From assembly GCA_049999805.1 (NCBI GenBank), contig JBNGIO010006314.1, positions 348,453-412,452 on the forward strand: DNA of 64,000 nucleotides, in the 5' to 3' direction. The DNA comes from Folioceros fuciformis. Its lineage: Eukaryota. Numbering within the stretch: position 1 is the first letter of the stretch; every line of letters begins with the position of its first letter. Shown piece after piece: positions 25,778 to 37,100 of this stretch. A program made the position numbers and the translations under genes. The notes under the pieces are model-generated. The model worked only from the letters and a program-made list of their open reading frames with translations. It did not search any database and had not been told where the DNA came from.

Positions 25778-28700
25778 GTCAGCCGCGGATCCGACGGACA
25801 CAAAATTTGGTCAATGTCCACAGCAGCGGCAGCGGCAGCGGCGAGAAGGAGTCGTGATCGGCGAGGTCACCACCTCGGTTCCACTATGGCAGCAGCAGAG
25901 TCGACAAGGCCCGGAAAGCTCCAACACAGGTATCCTCCCACATCTCCGAAACTGAGCTCAGTCTACAAGATGCGCGTGCAGAGCTGTTGGTGAGAAGCAG
26001 GGACGGGGAGGAAAGCAAGAATTAAGCCCTCCGCCAGCAGGAGATCAATCCGGCACGCAAGCCCGGTGTCAAGGGTCCGCGGCAAGGCAGAGGCCGCGGG
26101 CTGCAGGACCATGGCAAGCGGAGTCCGGAGGCTCCAATCCTGCGGCGGGGGACAAAGAAGCTTGGAAGGCAGGGGAGCGGGATGCCGGGAAGAGGCCGAG
26201 AGCAGTGGTGCGGGCGCGGGAATCGAGACAGCGCATTCAAGAGAGGAGAGCGCGTGGGAAGCGAGAAGCGCAGGGCAGGGCAGCGCAGCGCAGCGCATCA
26301 CAAAGGCACGGAGAAGGAGGAGAGGCGAATGAGCAGACGCCAGCAGCGTCGGGGCTAGTGTTGCATCTTGTGCAGCGGCTCGTGTTCCGGCATGGCTCTT
26401 CTCCGTCAAGACGTGATGGCGCCTTAACGGCCTTGGTGACCAGGTTGTACCTCCGAGCTCGGTAAGGCTGTACCCTGTACCAAGGCCAGAAAATAAAAGA
26501 GCAAGGCGAGCGCGCGTTACGCGGCTAGTGGAGGAGAGGTAGCCGCACACCGCGTCCTAATTTATACAACTCATGGGACTAACGCCTCTGCCTGCCTGCG
26601 GCTCGTGGGTTTGACATGCTTCACAGTCTTGAACCCTTGCAGCCCTAAAAAGTGATAGCCCTAGCTTGTAGCCCACTGTTTGTCGTTTCAGCAAGTCCGT
26701 GTGTCAGATCAGGACTCGTGCTCCGATTTTCTTCTTCGTCCCAGGCGTCCCAGTCCACCAAGAGCCAAGGCCTGGCCAGGCCTGCCATCACCACATAAGC
26801 CCAGCTAGCCACAAACCTCTCCAACCCAGACTGATCCTAGTCCTAATCCTCATCCGTACCACATCCAAATTCGTGCGCTCTTTCCCAAACTCTCATCGTT
26901 GCTCTCCGGGCGCAGTGCAAACACACTGCAGCAATCCTTGTACAGTGCAGTTTCAAGATCCAATTTACATAGATGCATAAGTGCGTGGATATTTCAATTT
27001 CAGGCTCCTCCCCTTCCTCTTTCAAACTTAGGTCCCTCTTCTTCTTCTTCTTCTGCGTCTTCCACCAAGAGAACGTATGTGCAGTGCAAGAGGGAATACT
27101 GTGGTGACAAGGGGCCACAGAACATGGCGGGGCCGGTGCAATGCACGCGACGAATGTAGTTATCCCAGCATCGGCCCAGGCTATTCAGGCTTGGGAGCGA
27201 CAGCTAAAGGGAGGGAACATGCTGGAGTGGAGACAGTGCCAGAGAGGTGGGGGCCAGTGAACGGAACAGAGCAGACCTGGACTGTAGCCGATGCCGACGC
27301 TGTCGTGTCGGCGCTAGTATGGCGCTGACAGCGTCTTGTTTGTGCAGAGGCCAGTCCAGGCCAAAAAGCCATGGCCAAGCCCAAAGTGCAAGCCCACGGG
27401 ATGCACGCTCTTGCACAAGCCGCGCCACAACACACTCGTCTGCGACCGAGGAGGAAGTTTTACACAAACGGAACGGGGCAGGGCCGTGCCGTGAACGAGA
27501 ACGATCCGTGGGCCTCTGCACCGCCAGCTGCAGCTGGCGGTAGCTGGATGAGATGTAAATCTTTTGACACAGCCACGTGAGCATCGACTGAATGACATGC
27601 CGCTATCTCGCCAATAAAGATCCTGCGAGTTGCATCTCGCAGCGCGTGCCTCTGCATGCCGCGGCCCTTCTCCTGCGGGCTGGGCTGCCCTGCCCCGGCT
27701 CGTCAGTCTTTATCAGGGAGTGTTCATTTCAAATCTTTCTGCCTGATTTTTTTGAAGTGTGAAGGGTCTTGCACAAGTTGAGATACTGGCCGGCTGCCAA
27801 GTCTGGGCAGGGGGGGCTCACTGGCAGATGACTTAATTCTGCGACTGTAGTAGCATGTGCTCGTAACACTCAGCCAACCGGGGATCACGTGCCGGGAACC
27901 ACGGCTCCCTCATTAGCAGCACAGTGACAGCAGACGGCCGTGCAGAACCTCTCTTCCCAGCTGCACCACGCCTGGACGCTGCATTGCCTTCCAGGGATAT
28001 GCCCGTTGCTCGTCCCTGAAACCATGACGACAAGACATGCTCTCTCCATTCTTTGCATCCAACTTGCGTGCTTCTCCAGTTCCTGGTGCTTCACATCATA
28101 GAATCCTGCTGCTGCAGTTACAGCAGCGGGAGAGCCTGTCTTCTCCCACCTGCACCATGCCCGGACGCTGCAGTCCTCCCAGCATATCCCTCTCGATCGT
28201 CTCCGAATTCATGACAAGACGACGTGCTCGCTGGCCTCTTTGCATGCATTCGCAATTGGACTCTTCTCCAGCTGCTGCTCGGCACTGCTGCTTCCTATAC
28301 CACAACACATGGCATTGCTCCTTTCATGCATGCGCACTGCCACGCTCCGCCAGTTTTGTTGCAGATGTTGAACAAGATTTCCGCACACCAGATGGACAAG
28401 ACGACACAACGATTCCTATGCAGGCTGACGACACGAGCCCAACTCACATGCTTTCGTTACCCCAGTTGTGTAGGTTCACTTACTCATATGAATCACTATC
28501 TTAACCTTGCTCACACAGACCTTGGCTGAAGCCTGGAATCCTCCGCCAGCACCCACTGCGACACCACCACGTAGTAGCTACTGAATTCCTGGAAGAGCCT
28601 AGTTAGCTACCCGTATGTTGGATGTAAAACAAGGACAAGGTAAGTCGGAACAGCCAACGCATAATATGCTGCCTGTTGTGAAAAAGCTGAATACATCGTT

Positions 28701-29487
28701 CGGGGCTCATCTGCGGATTGCACATGGCATCCACCACCTAACCCCACCTGGGGGGGGCTTCACTACCCTCCAGATCTCCCTCCAATAATTCCAACCTCCC
28801 AACCACAGGCTTGCCCGAGCCAGTTAAGTGGAGTGGTTGACGGTAAGCACATGTTGCCAACTGCAAGAGCACGCTTCGCTTCCTGCATAGCCGGAGTGAC
28901 ACAGGCACCTCATCGTGCTACAACACCGTACACAGACTTGCAGACTTTCTAATTGGCATTAAGCACATCTGTATGTGGCGCGTGGAGGCCAGCAGGAGAG
29001 GAGAGCTTTCCACTCACGTCAGCAATTTAGACTATGTCTCCTCGGATCCTCCGCCAATGGCTGGACACTTCGTCAAACACGCACTGGACAGGCAGTTAAG
29101 AAAACAGAGAAAACAGACCAGCTGATTCCTAGTTCTTGCGACCGGAGATTGGGCGAAGTTTCACAGGCTGACTTCCATTCCCTGTAACACACGTTAGACA
29201 CCGCCGACGAGAACTCAATTCCAGCCAATCCTGTGGTACAACACGAAGCATGTGTGCGCCTCTCGATGAGAGAATGAGAGCGGGCCCGCGGGGTGACGCC
29301 ACTGCGGCCGGACAGAAGTGAAACCCTAGAATCAGCTGAAGCAGAAGCTGTACAAGTCAATCCATTTGGAAACACGTTCTATTCATTTTCATTCTTCGCT
29401 TATGGCAACACAGGGCCTTCACGGCAGCAGCTATCCGACAGGAAGAGCCAGCCTCGGGCCCGGAATGTTCGTTCCCACCGACACGGG

Positions 29488-31008
29488 CTACAAGGGGCTG
29501 CCAGCCAGCCAACGCTGAAAGAGAGCCAGAGCCTCCTCCGGTTTGTATTCGGGGACAGTGTGGCCGGCGCCTTTGACCGTAGCGAAGGTGAGCGTGCCGT
29601 GCGCGTAGCCTCTGGTGTATCCCACAACCTGGCCCGACACATGCCACGGCCGCCAGTGATCGGAGACGGGGTAGCCCAGCGACCTGGTCCAAGCCTCAGA
29701 GCCGGTGTAAGGCACGCACATGTCGTGGTCCCCGCTGAAGATGAGCGCCCTGTAACCTTTCTCGATGAGACGGCGGTGGATGGGGAGCATGCTTCCGGCG
29801 TCGTGCCAGAAGAGGATCTGGTCCGTGCACAACACCCAGTTCCCGATCTCTTCGTGCGGCTGCGCGTGCAACGCTTCCCGGACGACCGGATCGTTCAGCC
29901 AGGCATTGGCCACCGTGTCGTCAGTGCACGGCACCTCGATGTCGCTCTGCAGTATGCCCCAGGTGGGAACCCTGCCCTCCGGAATGGAGCCGGAGCGCAG
30001 CGGCCACGCCCGCCCGAACATCCGCTTTCGCACCGGGTGCGTGCGCGGGTTGCTCTCCCCGAGCCGCCTGAAGCTGCGGGGTAGCCTCGTCCTGTCATTT
30101 TCGGAGGAACCGACCTGCTCGATGACGCTGCTGGGGGAGGTCGGGTGGTAGCAAGGCTCCAGGATGTCGTACACATTCACTTCGTCCACCGTGTTGTAGA
30201 TGTCCTCGATCTTGCGGATGCATTCCCGGGAGGAGGCGTTCCAGAAGCTCCCTCCGCAGGCCACGTTCGCATCAGTGTACAGGTCGATGGATATGAGCCC
30301 CATTCCGTACACGAACGGCACCAACGCGTCCCCGTCGAACTTCTCATCCGTGCACCCGTTCCCAACAATGTAGCCCTTGAGGTTGATGGCGGGCTTCTCG
30401 CCGGCGGCAATGCCTTCCGCCACCTTCCTGGCCAAGGTTGGGACATAGATCCCGGCGTACGACTCCCCGCTGATGAAGAAGGGGTTGGACTGGAATTCGG
30501 GGTAGGCCTGGAACCAGTCGAGGAGGAAGGTGTGGGAGTCTGCCGCCGTCTGCAAATCCCCTGTGAGATAGTCTGCCTTGTTCTTTGAGTAGGAGTAGCC
30601 GACCCCGGACGGGGAATCCAGGTAGATGATGTTGGCATTTTTGGCCCAGCTGTATGGGTTCTTCACCAGAGTTGGCAGCCCGTTAGGTTCCGAGGACGGC
30701 TCGAAGTTGAAGGGCCCGTGCTCGTAGATGAAGCCGTCGAAGCTGGAGCATCCAGGGCCGCCATTGAGCCACAAAACCACGGGATCGCTGGCAGGGTCCC
30801 CTTCCGATGTCACGAAGTAGTAGTACAGGCTGCGCTCATGCTCCGGGCTCACCGTGATGTACCCTGCATAGTGCTTGGAGGCGAACTCCCCCGAAAACCC
30901 TGGCAGCTTCTCCACCAATGCCCCATCCGGTGCCGCTTCCGCCCCAAACCGCTGCTGCGCCAGCACCGTAAAGAGCAGCAGCGTGCAAAATGCAACCGAA
31001 GTCTCCAT
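29488..31008 (-). CDS. Serine carboxypeptidase-like (S10, SCPL20-like), single exon
   Basis: Signal peptide after METSV, WLNGGPGCSS, GESYAG (catalytic Ser), RKRMFGRAWP linker, SGDHDMCVP (Asp), KGAGHTVPEY (His). An alternative ATG lies at 31065. Confidence 0.95.
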   Translation of the reverse strand: METSVAFCTLLLFTVLAQQRFGAEAAPDGALVEKLPGFSGEFASKHYAGYITVSPEHERSLYYYFVTSEGDPASDPVVLWLNGGPGCSSFDGFIYEHGPFNFEPSSEPNGLPTLVKNPYSWAKNANIIYLDSPSGVGYSYSKNKADYLTGDLQTAADSHTFLLDWFQAYPEFQSNPFFISGESYAGIYVPTLARKVAEGIAAGEKPAINLKGYIVGNGCTDEKFDGDALVPFVYGMGLISIDLYTDANVACGGSFWNASSRECIRKIEDIYNTVDEVNVYDILEPCYHPTSPSSVIEQVGSSENDRTRLPRSFRRLGESNPRTHPVRKRMFGRAWPLRSGSIPEGRVPTWGILQSDIEVPCTDDTVANAWLNDPVVREALHAQPHEEIGNWVLCTDQILFWHDAGSMLPIHRRLIEKGYRALIFSGDHDMCVPYTGSEAWTRSLGYPVSDHWRPWHVSGQVVGYTRGYAHGTLTFATVKGAGHTVPEYKPEEALALFQRWLAGSPL

Positions 31009-31344
31009 CTTTGCGAGCCGCACTTGCCCAAAAGACTTGCTCTGAACGCACCAAGAAACGGGCATCTTGGAGGAAGGAAGCCAACGCACATATGTACGTT
31101 ACGCTCACTAAAAATAGATTTCGTCCAGGCCGGAATGTATGGAAGCTAGGCTGCGGGTCATTCCGCGCCGTTCACTTGTTCCGCCAAAATTCAAGGCTTC
31201 AGTGTGTGGTGCGTAGTGTGGCATGGTAGGTAGGGACATGGGTGACGTAGCCAACTTGCCACACGGAGAAAGGAGGACAATTTCTCTCAGCGTCAGGTAA
31301 AGCTTTCAAGTTAAGGTAAGCGGTGACGGCACTGGCGTGTCTGC

Positions 31345-32832
31345 TTACAGTTTCTGAGACAGCAAAAAACGCTGCAACAAGACCAAGGCTTCTCTGGGCC
31401 TATACTCGGGGACGGTGTGGCCAGCCCCCTTGACGGTGGCGAATGTGAGGTCGTGCTCGAAGCTTCTTGTGAAGCCGGCGACCTGGTCGTTCACGTACCA
31501 TGGTCGCCAGTCGTCGGTGGTTTTGTAGCCCATGGAGCTTGTCCAGGCCTCTGATCCAGTGTAAGGGACACAGAAATCGTGGTCTCCGCTGTAGATGAGG
31601 GCTCTGTAGCCTGCCTCGGTGAGGTTACGGTGAATCGGGATCATGCTGCCGGCGTCGTGGTTGTAACTCAGTCGGTCAGTGCACAGTTGCCAGGTGCCCG
31701 GTTCCGGGCGAGCATGTATGGCGGACCTCACTCCTGCGTCATTCAGCCAGGAAAATGCGACACTGGGGTCTACACAAGGAACCATCACGCCACTGCTCTC
31801 GCTCAACGCAGTCCAGGTGGGCACAGGTCCATCTTTCAGCCCCAAACCCAAAGGCCAGGCTCGGCCAATCATGCGTTTCCTGATTGGGTAAGGACGCTCT
31901 GTTTGCCCCAGAGTGACGAAGCTTGGTGGAAGCTGACTGTTAGATGATCCTTTTGGGCTCGGGGGATGGTAGCATGGTTCTAAGATGTCGTAGATGTTGA
32001 GGTCTGCTGTAATGTCGAAAATCTTGTTGAGCTTCTCACCACACGCGTCGCTCGTCACCAGCCAGAAGGTCCCGTTGCAAGCCTTCACGGCCTCGAGGTA
32101 TAGGTCCGACGATATAAGCCCCATTCCATAAGCGAAGGGCACATAAGCATTGCCATCCGCCTCCTCATCTGTAACACCATTCCCAACAAGGTATCCCTTG
32201 AGGTTTATGGCTGGCGTTACTCCATCCTGGATACCTGCAACAATCTCTCTGACGAGAGTTGGGACATACACCCCAGCCCATGACTCGCCACTGACAAAGA
32301 AAGGATTCGACTGGAATTCTGAATAGATTGTGAACCACTTCAACAGAAATGCGTGTGTGTCTCGCGCAGTTTTGAGGTCACCCGTGCTGTAGTCGCTGGT
32401 GTCATTGGAGTACGAAAAACCAACTCCGGCTGGACTGTCCAAGTACAAAACGGATGCACTTTGAGCCCACGTGTAGTGATTCCTCGTCAGAGTAGGTAAA
32501 GCTCCAGCTTCCTTAGCTGGATGGAAAAGGAAAGGACCATGCTCATAGACGAATCCATCGAAACTGGAGCAGCCAGGACCTCCATTGAGCCACAGTACCA
32601 CTGGGTCCGACGTTGGATCCCCCTCCGAAGTGACAAAGTAGTAAAACAGAGACCGCCCAGTGGCTTCGTCAACAGTCACATATCCTGAATAGTGCTCGGA
32701 AGCAAAGGATCCAGCAAATCCTGGAAGGCCAATCACTAAGGCGTCCGAAGGAGCTCCATCTCCTACTTGGACCGTCAGCACCACACTAAGACACACAAGC
32801 CAGCAAGCTCGTCTGAAGCTATAAGGTGCCAT
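31345..32832 (-). CDS. Serine carboxypeptidase-like (S10, SCPL20-like), single exon, tandem paralog
   Basis: Signal peptide, WLNGGPGCSS, GESWAG, RKRMIGRAWP, SGDHDFCVP, KGAGHTVPEY. Confidence 0.95.
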   Translation of the reverse strand: MAPYSFRRACWLVCLSVVLTVQVGDGAPSDALVIGLPGFAGSFASEHYSGYVTVDEATGRSLFYYFVTSEGDPTSDPVVLWLNGGPGCSSFDGFVYEHGPFLFHPAKEAGALPTLTRNHYTWAQSASVLYLDSPAGVGFSYSNDTSDYSTGDLKTARDTHAFLLKWFTIYSEFQSNPFFVSGESWAGVYVPTLVREIVAGIQDGVTPAINLKGYLVGNGVTDEEADGNAYVPFAYGMGLISSDLYLEAVKACNGTFWLVTSDACGEKLNKIFDITADLNIYDILEPCYHPPSPKGSSNSQLPPSFVTLGQTERPYPIRKRMIGRAWPLGLGLKDGPVPTWTALSESSGVMVPCVDPSVAFSWLNDAGVRSAIHARPEPGTWQLCTDRLSYNHDAGSMIPIHRNLTEAGYRALIYSGDHDFCVPYTGSEAWTSSMGYKTTDDWRPWYVNDQVAGFTRSFEHDLTFATVKGAGHTVPEYRPREALVLLQRFLLSQKL

Positions 32833-34129
32833 CGAAACCGAGCTGGCCTCACCAGCACACTGCAATGCCACCTCCGGCTGACCACAGCTCGAGTTAATCT
32901 CGGCAGGGAGGGAGAGAATTCTCCTTCAGACAGGCGGTGCGCAGCACACTGCACATGCCAGAGCAGTGTGCGTGCTCTATCCTTCTCCCTCTTTTGCTGA
33001 CACCTGAGGAAGCACATTGGAGGCCGTTTCCTTAAGTAGGACTGATGCAAGATGCCTTGCAGGAAAATCCAACCGGCGCGAGCAAGTGCCCACAGCACTC
33101 GTCTTAGCGTTGATTCCAGAGGAAGGCGACCACAGGCAGGAGGAAACTGCACGACGTTGCTGCGACCTCTCCAGTGCCATCACCAACAGATGCTCTTCCC
33201 TGCAGCCAGCCGGCGTCCTTCTAGTGAGGACGGACCTCACCATCCAACAGCGATGCCTTGACCATTGGTTCCGTCAAAACCACCTGCTTTGAACAGAAAT
33301 AGAACAAGCTGGAGGGGGCATGCAGCCTGTCGACACCACGGTAAGTGCTCTCCACTGCCGGAGATAGCGGGAAAGCCTAGCCAAGTGGAGCACCGGGAAG
33401 AGATAAGACTGGAGAGGAGACCAGGACAAAGCAAACACTTTGGTGGCCACTCCACCTCTTCTCCGTAAACGAAACTGTCTCCATTCACAATGCTTCACTA
33501 CTCCGGAAGCTCCATTTCCTCTGTGCTCCACGCTGGGAGCATGGAAATGACCGCAACGCCGAATAGAACGCAAATCTTCCGTGCCTGCACGGCCCACACA
33601 CACGGTGGCCGGCTGGAGTAGGGTTCCTGGTCCCAGCAGTACCTGAGGGGCCACTCGCTGGATGGTGACATCGAAACCTCCGGACTGCAAGCATTGTATG
33701 CGTACTTACTTCTGAGAGCTCCCGGCCCAGGTGACTGCGAGGTTTCTCTCCTCGCGTACGATGCGTCCAGGAGTAAGCACTTCGCCATCTCCGTTATGGC
33801 ATTCCCCAGTCTCCTCATGTTACTCCCGGTTGTGTTGCGAATCAGTTTGAGAATGTAGAAGTTTTGTCACTGCGACCAGGCACGCAACGACAGGGTTGTT
33901 CTCTCATGACCACACAACGAGAACATAGAAAACGTCTACTGTAGAGCACATCTGCCGAGAAAAAAAATGTTTTAATTGCATGTGTCTCCCAAATTCGGGT
34001 CGCACCTAAGATAATGAGGAGCGACCCAGTAACAGCCTAAGACATTCTACGGATGATTAACATGCGGTGAACCTAGTCATGTAACTTGCGGTGAACCTAG
34101 TCATGATGATTCGACAGGTGCCTCGTGCA

Positions 34130-37100
34130 TCACACAGTCTTGCACAATTCCTTCATTTCTGAAAGCGAAGGGCTGAGAGGTACGCTCGGGTAGCATTTGG
34201 CCATCATGTTCTCCAGGCCCTCGTACTTGTCCAAGAAGCTTTCCTGCACCAGACACCTGCGTGGTCAGCACACCATGCCCAACACGCTTTCGTCCAACCC
34301 AAGCAACAGCAGTAGCTCCCACCTTGCATTTCTCCCAAAGCGAAGGAAGCAATTCCTCGGAGGTCAGATGCTTTTGCATGCGCCTGTACATCGTTTGGAG
34401 ACTTTTCTCCACCTACCCAATGGCATGCCAGATCTCTTGAGTCAGCTACCGCAGCAACCAAGGCCACCCAGATCCAGGCTAACACGAGAAACTACAACTG
34501 CTTACTCCTGGGAGAGTCGCTTTCAGAAGCTTGCGAAGGTCTGCGTTTGAGGTCCCCACTTGATAGTGATAGGCGACCTAGAAAAAGACCACCACTGGAT
34601 CGTCTGAAAACTCAACACAGAAAAACAGCAGCCAGCATTAAAGGGTTGAAGGGCAAGAAATACCTCTTCAGGAGTAACTGTGTACAGCAGGTTTTCCACT
34701 TTTTGTGTGAACTGGAAAAGTTTATCAAATTGCTGCCGCAAAAAACGATCGACAGTTGCAGGATACACTTCGTTCTCAAAATACTGTCAGAATGAAGTAC
34801 AAAGTTCCGAACTCACATAAATTGTAATCGAAGAGATGTAACTCACATAATTTATAATCGAAGTGATGTAGCGGGTGCACGCTTGTTCGTACGATTCACT
34901 GGCTTGCTGATAGTACTTGGCTAAAGTTGGGACTTTATTGGCCAACTCAAACATGCTACACCGCAACCAAGAATCTCATTATTCACTGTAATGCTCAAAG
35001 AGCCAGAATCTGCATTACATCTCTGAAAGGGAAATCAGACGATCAGGAGCAAAAAGGAATACAGGCAACCTGTCATTCACCTGTTCTGAAAAGCTGCGTA
35101 GTTTTCCAGAAGCAAGACATCGGAGTGCTTTGGATCAAGGCTTGCAATGTGTTCGAGTACATTGAACATTGTACCCACCTGGACAATGAACCGGACAGCT
35201 CAGCCAAAAAGGCCTTCCCGCAGCATGAAACTCATCGATTTTGTACATTACCAGCTTTGTGTAGGCAGTGTCAACCATGTCTCTTGAGTTTCCCTGAATG
35301 AGACTCTCCATTTTTGCAGCTAATGAAGCAAATCTGTTCATGATGGGACACAACACATGGTAAGTCAGTTCCTCCGTTAAAATCATGTCCATTAGCATGA
35401 CATAAGAGTGGGTTCAACAGTTTTCATTCACCTTGGGATGTAAGATATGACCCCCGCTTGCTTCACACTGCCATTCCTCTCAATGCTGTGCATGGATTCC
35501 TCTATAAACTGTGAGAGAAAAAAACTCTTTGAGCACTAACAGCCTGATGGACCAGCTGCATCCTCTCAAGCTCATTCTGACACTCCCAAGTGTTCATGAA
35601 AGGTGAAAAGGGGACAGCACAGTGAAGACAAACCTTGTTGAACTGGCTGCTTATTCTGGACTGGAGATCAGCCAGCAACTGTCGCACAAAACCAGCAGCA
35701 TCAGCTTTGTGACCAGAGAGGTACCGCTCTGTCACACCTTGCATAGCTATACACCGCAGGGGATCCAGTTTCGAGGCCCAATCAACCACTGCATAAAAAT
35801 CTTCCTGCAAACGTGAAGAGATCAGCGTCTGCCGACCTGCCACAGGAGTGCATTGATCACTATCATTCAAGATATTTGTCCTACCTGAATTCCATTAAGC
35901 AGCTTATGTAAAGCTTGATTCAGAGCCTCCAACTCCGCATTATTCTGCTCTCCTGCAAGTGAACGCCAGAAATTTCAATCATCTGCATTTTGACCTTAAC
36001 AGGAGCTTATCTGTAAAGCTTTCCACCGACGAGTGCACTGGTTATTGCTGTGCCACATGTTTGTCGTCACACCATTTGACCCTATTGGCGGCAGTGACGG
36101 GACGAAGTGTAGGAATTTACTTTGCTTTGAATCATTGCCATCCATGTGCAAAGGGCTTATATCACCATCGTCATCATCTTCATCCCTCTTGTCAGGAGGA
36201 GGACCACCAGGGGGTGCGAGAGGGAGAACTTCNNNNNNNNNNNNNNNNNNNNNNNNNNNNNNNNNNNNNNNNNNNNNNNNNNNNNNNNNNNNNNNNNNNN
36301 NNNNNNNNNNNNNNNNNNNNNNNNNNNNNNNNNNNNNNNNNNNNNNNNNNNNNNNNNNNNNNNNNNNNNNNNNNNNNNNNNNNNNNNNNNNNNNNNNNNN
36401 NNNNNNNNNNNNNNNNNNNNNNNNNNNNNNNNNNNNNNNNNNNNNNNNNNNNNNNNNNNNNNNNNNNNNNNNNNNNNNNNNNNNNNNNNNNNNNNNNNNN
36501 NNNNNNNNNNNNNNNNNNNNNNNNNNNNNNNNNNNNNNNNNNNNNNNNNNNNNNNNNNNNNNNNNNNNNNNNNNNNNNNNNNNNNNNNNNNNNNNNNNNN
36601 NNNNNNNNNNNNNNNNNNNNNNNNNNNNNNNNACGTGGATCACACACAAAGCTGAAGACTTACTTCTCGGCGCAGCAGAAAGTTAAGAGCATCACAATAT
36701 GCATCACGCAAATGTGCTAGGGAGTTCTTCTCCAGACCCTGCACATCTCAAAGATCTGTACCCTCACCTGCAAACAAGATGGATGATTCAAGACATTGAC
36801 ATGGGAGCTGACTGTCACAATACCTTGAGGTGTTGAAGCATCCGGGCATATGTTCGACACTTAAATCGGAGATCCGCATGATCTGGCCTTTTCAGCTGGC
36901 CTTTCTGCATTACAACACGGAGGTAGCTGTTGGAACACGTAATTAAAGCTGAAACGTGCTTTTCCAGAAAAAATAAGACCATTGACCATCCTTGAGTTGG
37001 CGTCAAGCGTGCCTGCGAGAAATGAGTTTTATCTTGGGCCATAAATTGAACCACGTTTGAGAAATAGTCCGCCAAAAACTCTGTTGCACGACGGACAAAT

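Noticed and set aside
25963-28530. Small ORFs as candidate peptide-hormone genes
   Set aside because: No signal peptide combined with a CLE/RALF/EPF-type motif, and no consistent splice model.
35959-36720. Long ORFs running through N gaps (also near 15.5, 21.1, 41.0 and 52.1 kb)
   Set aside because: Artefacts of translating runs of N.
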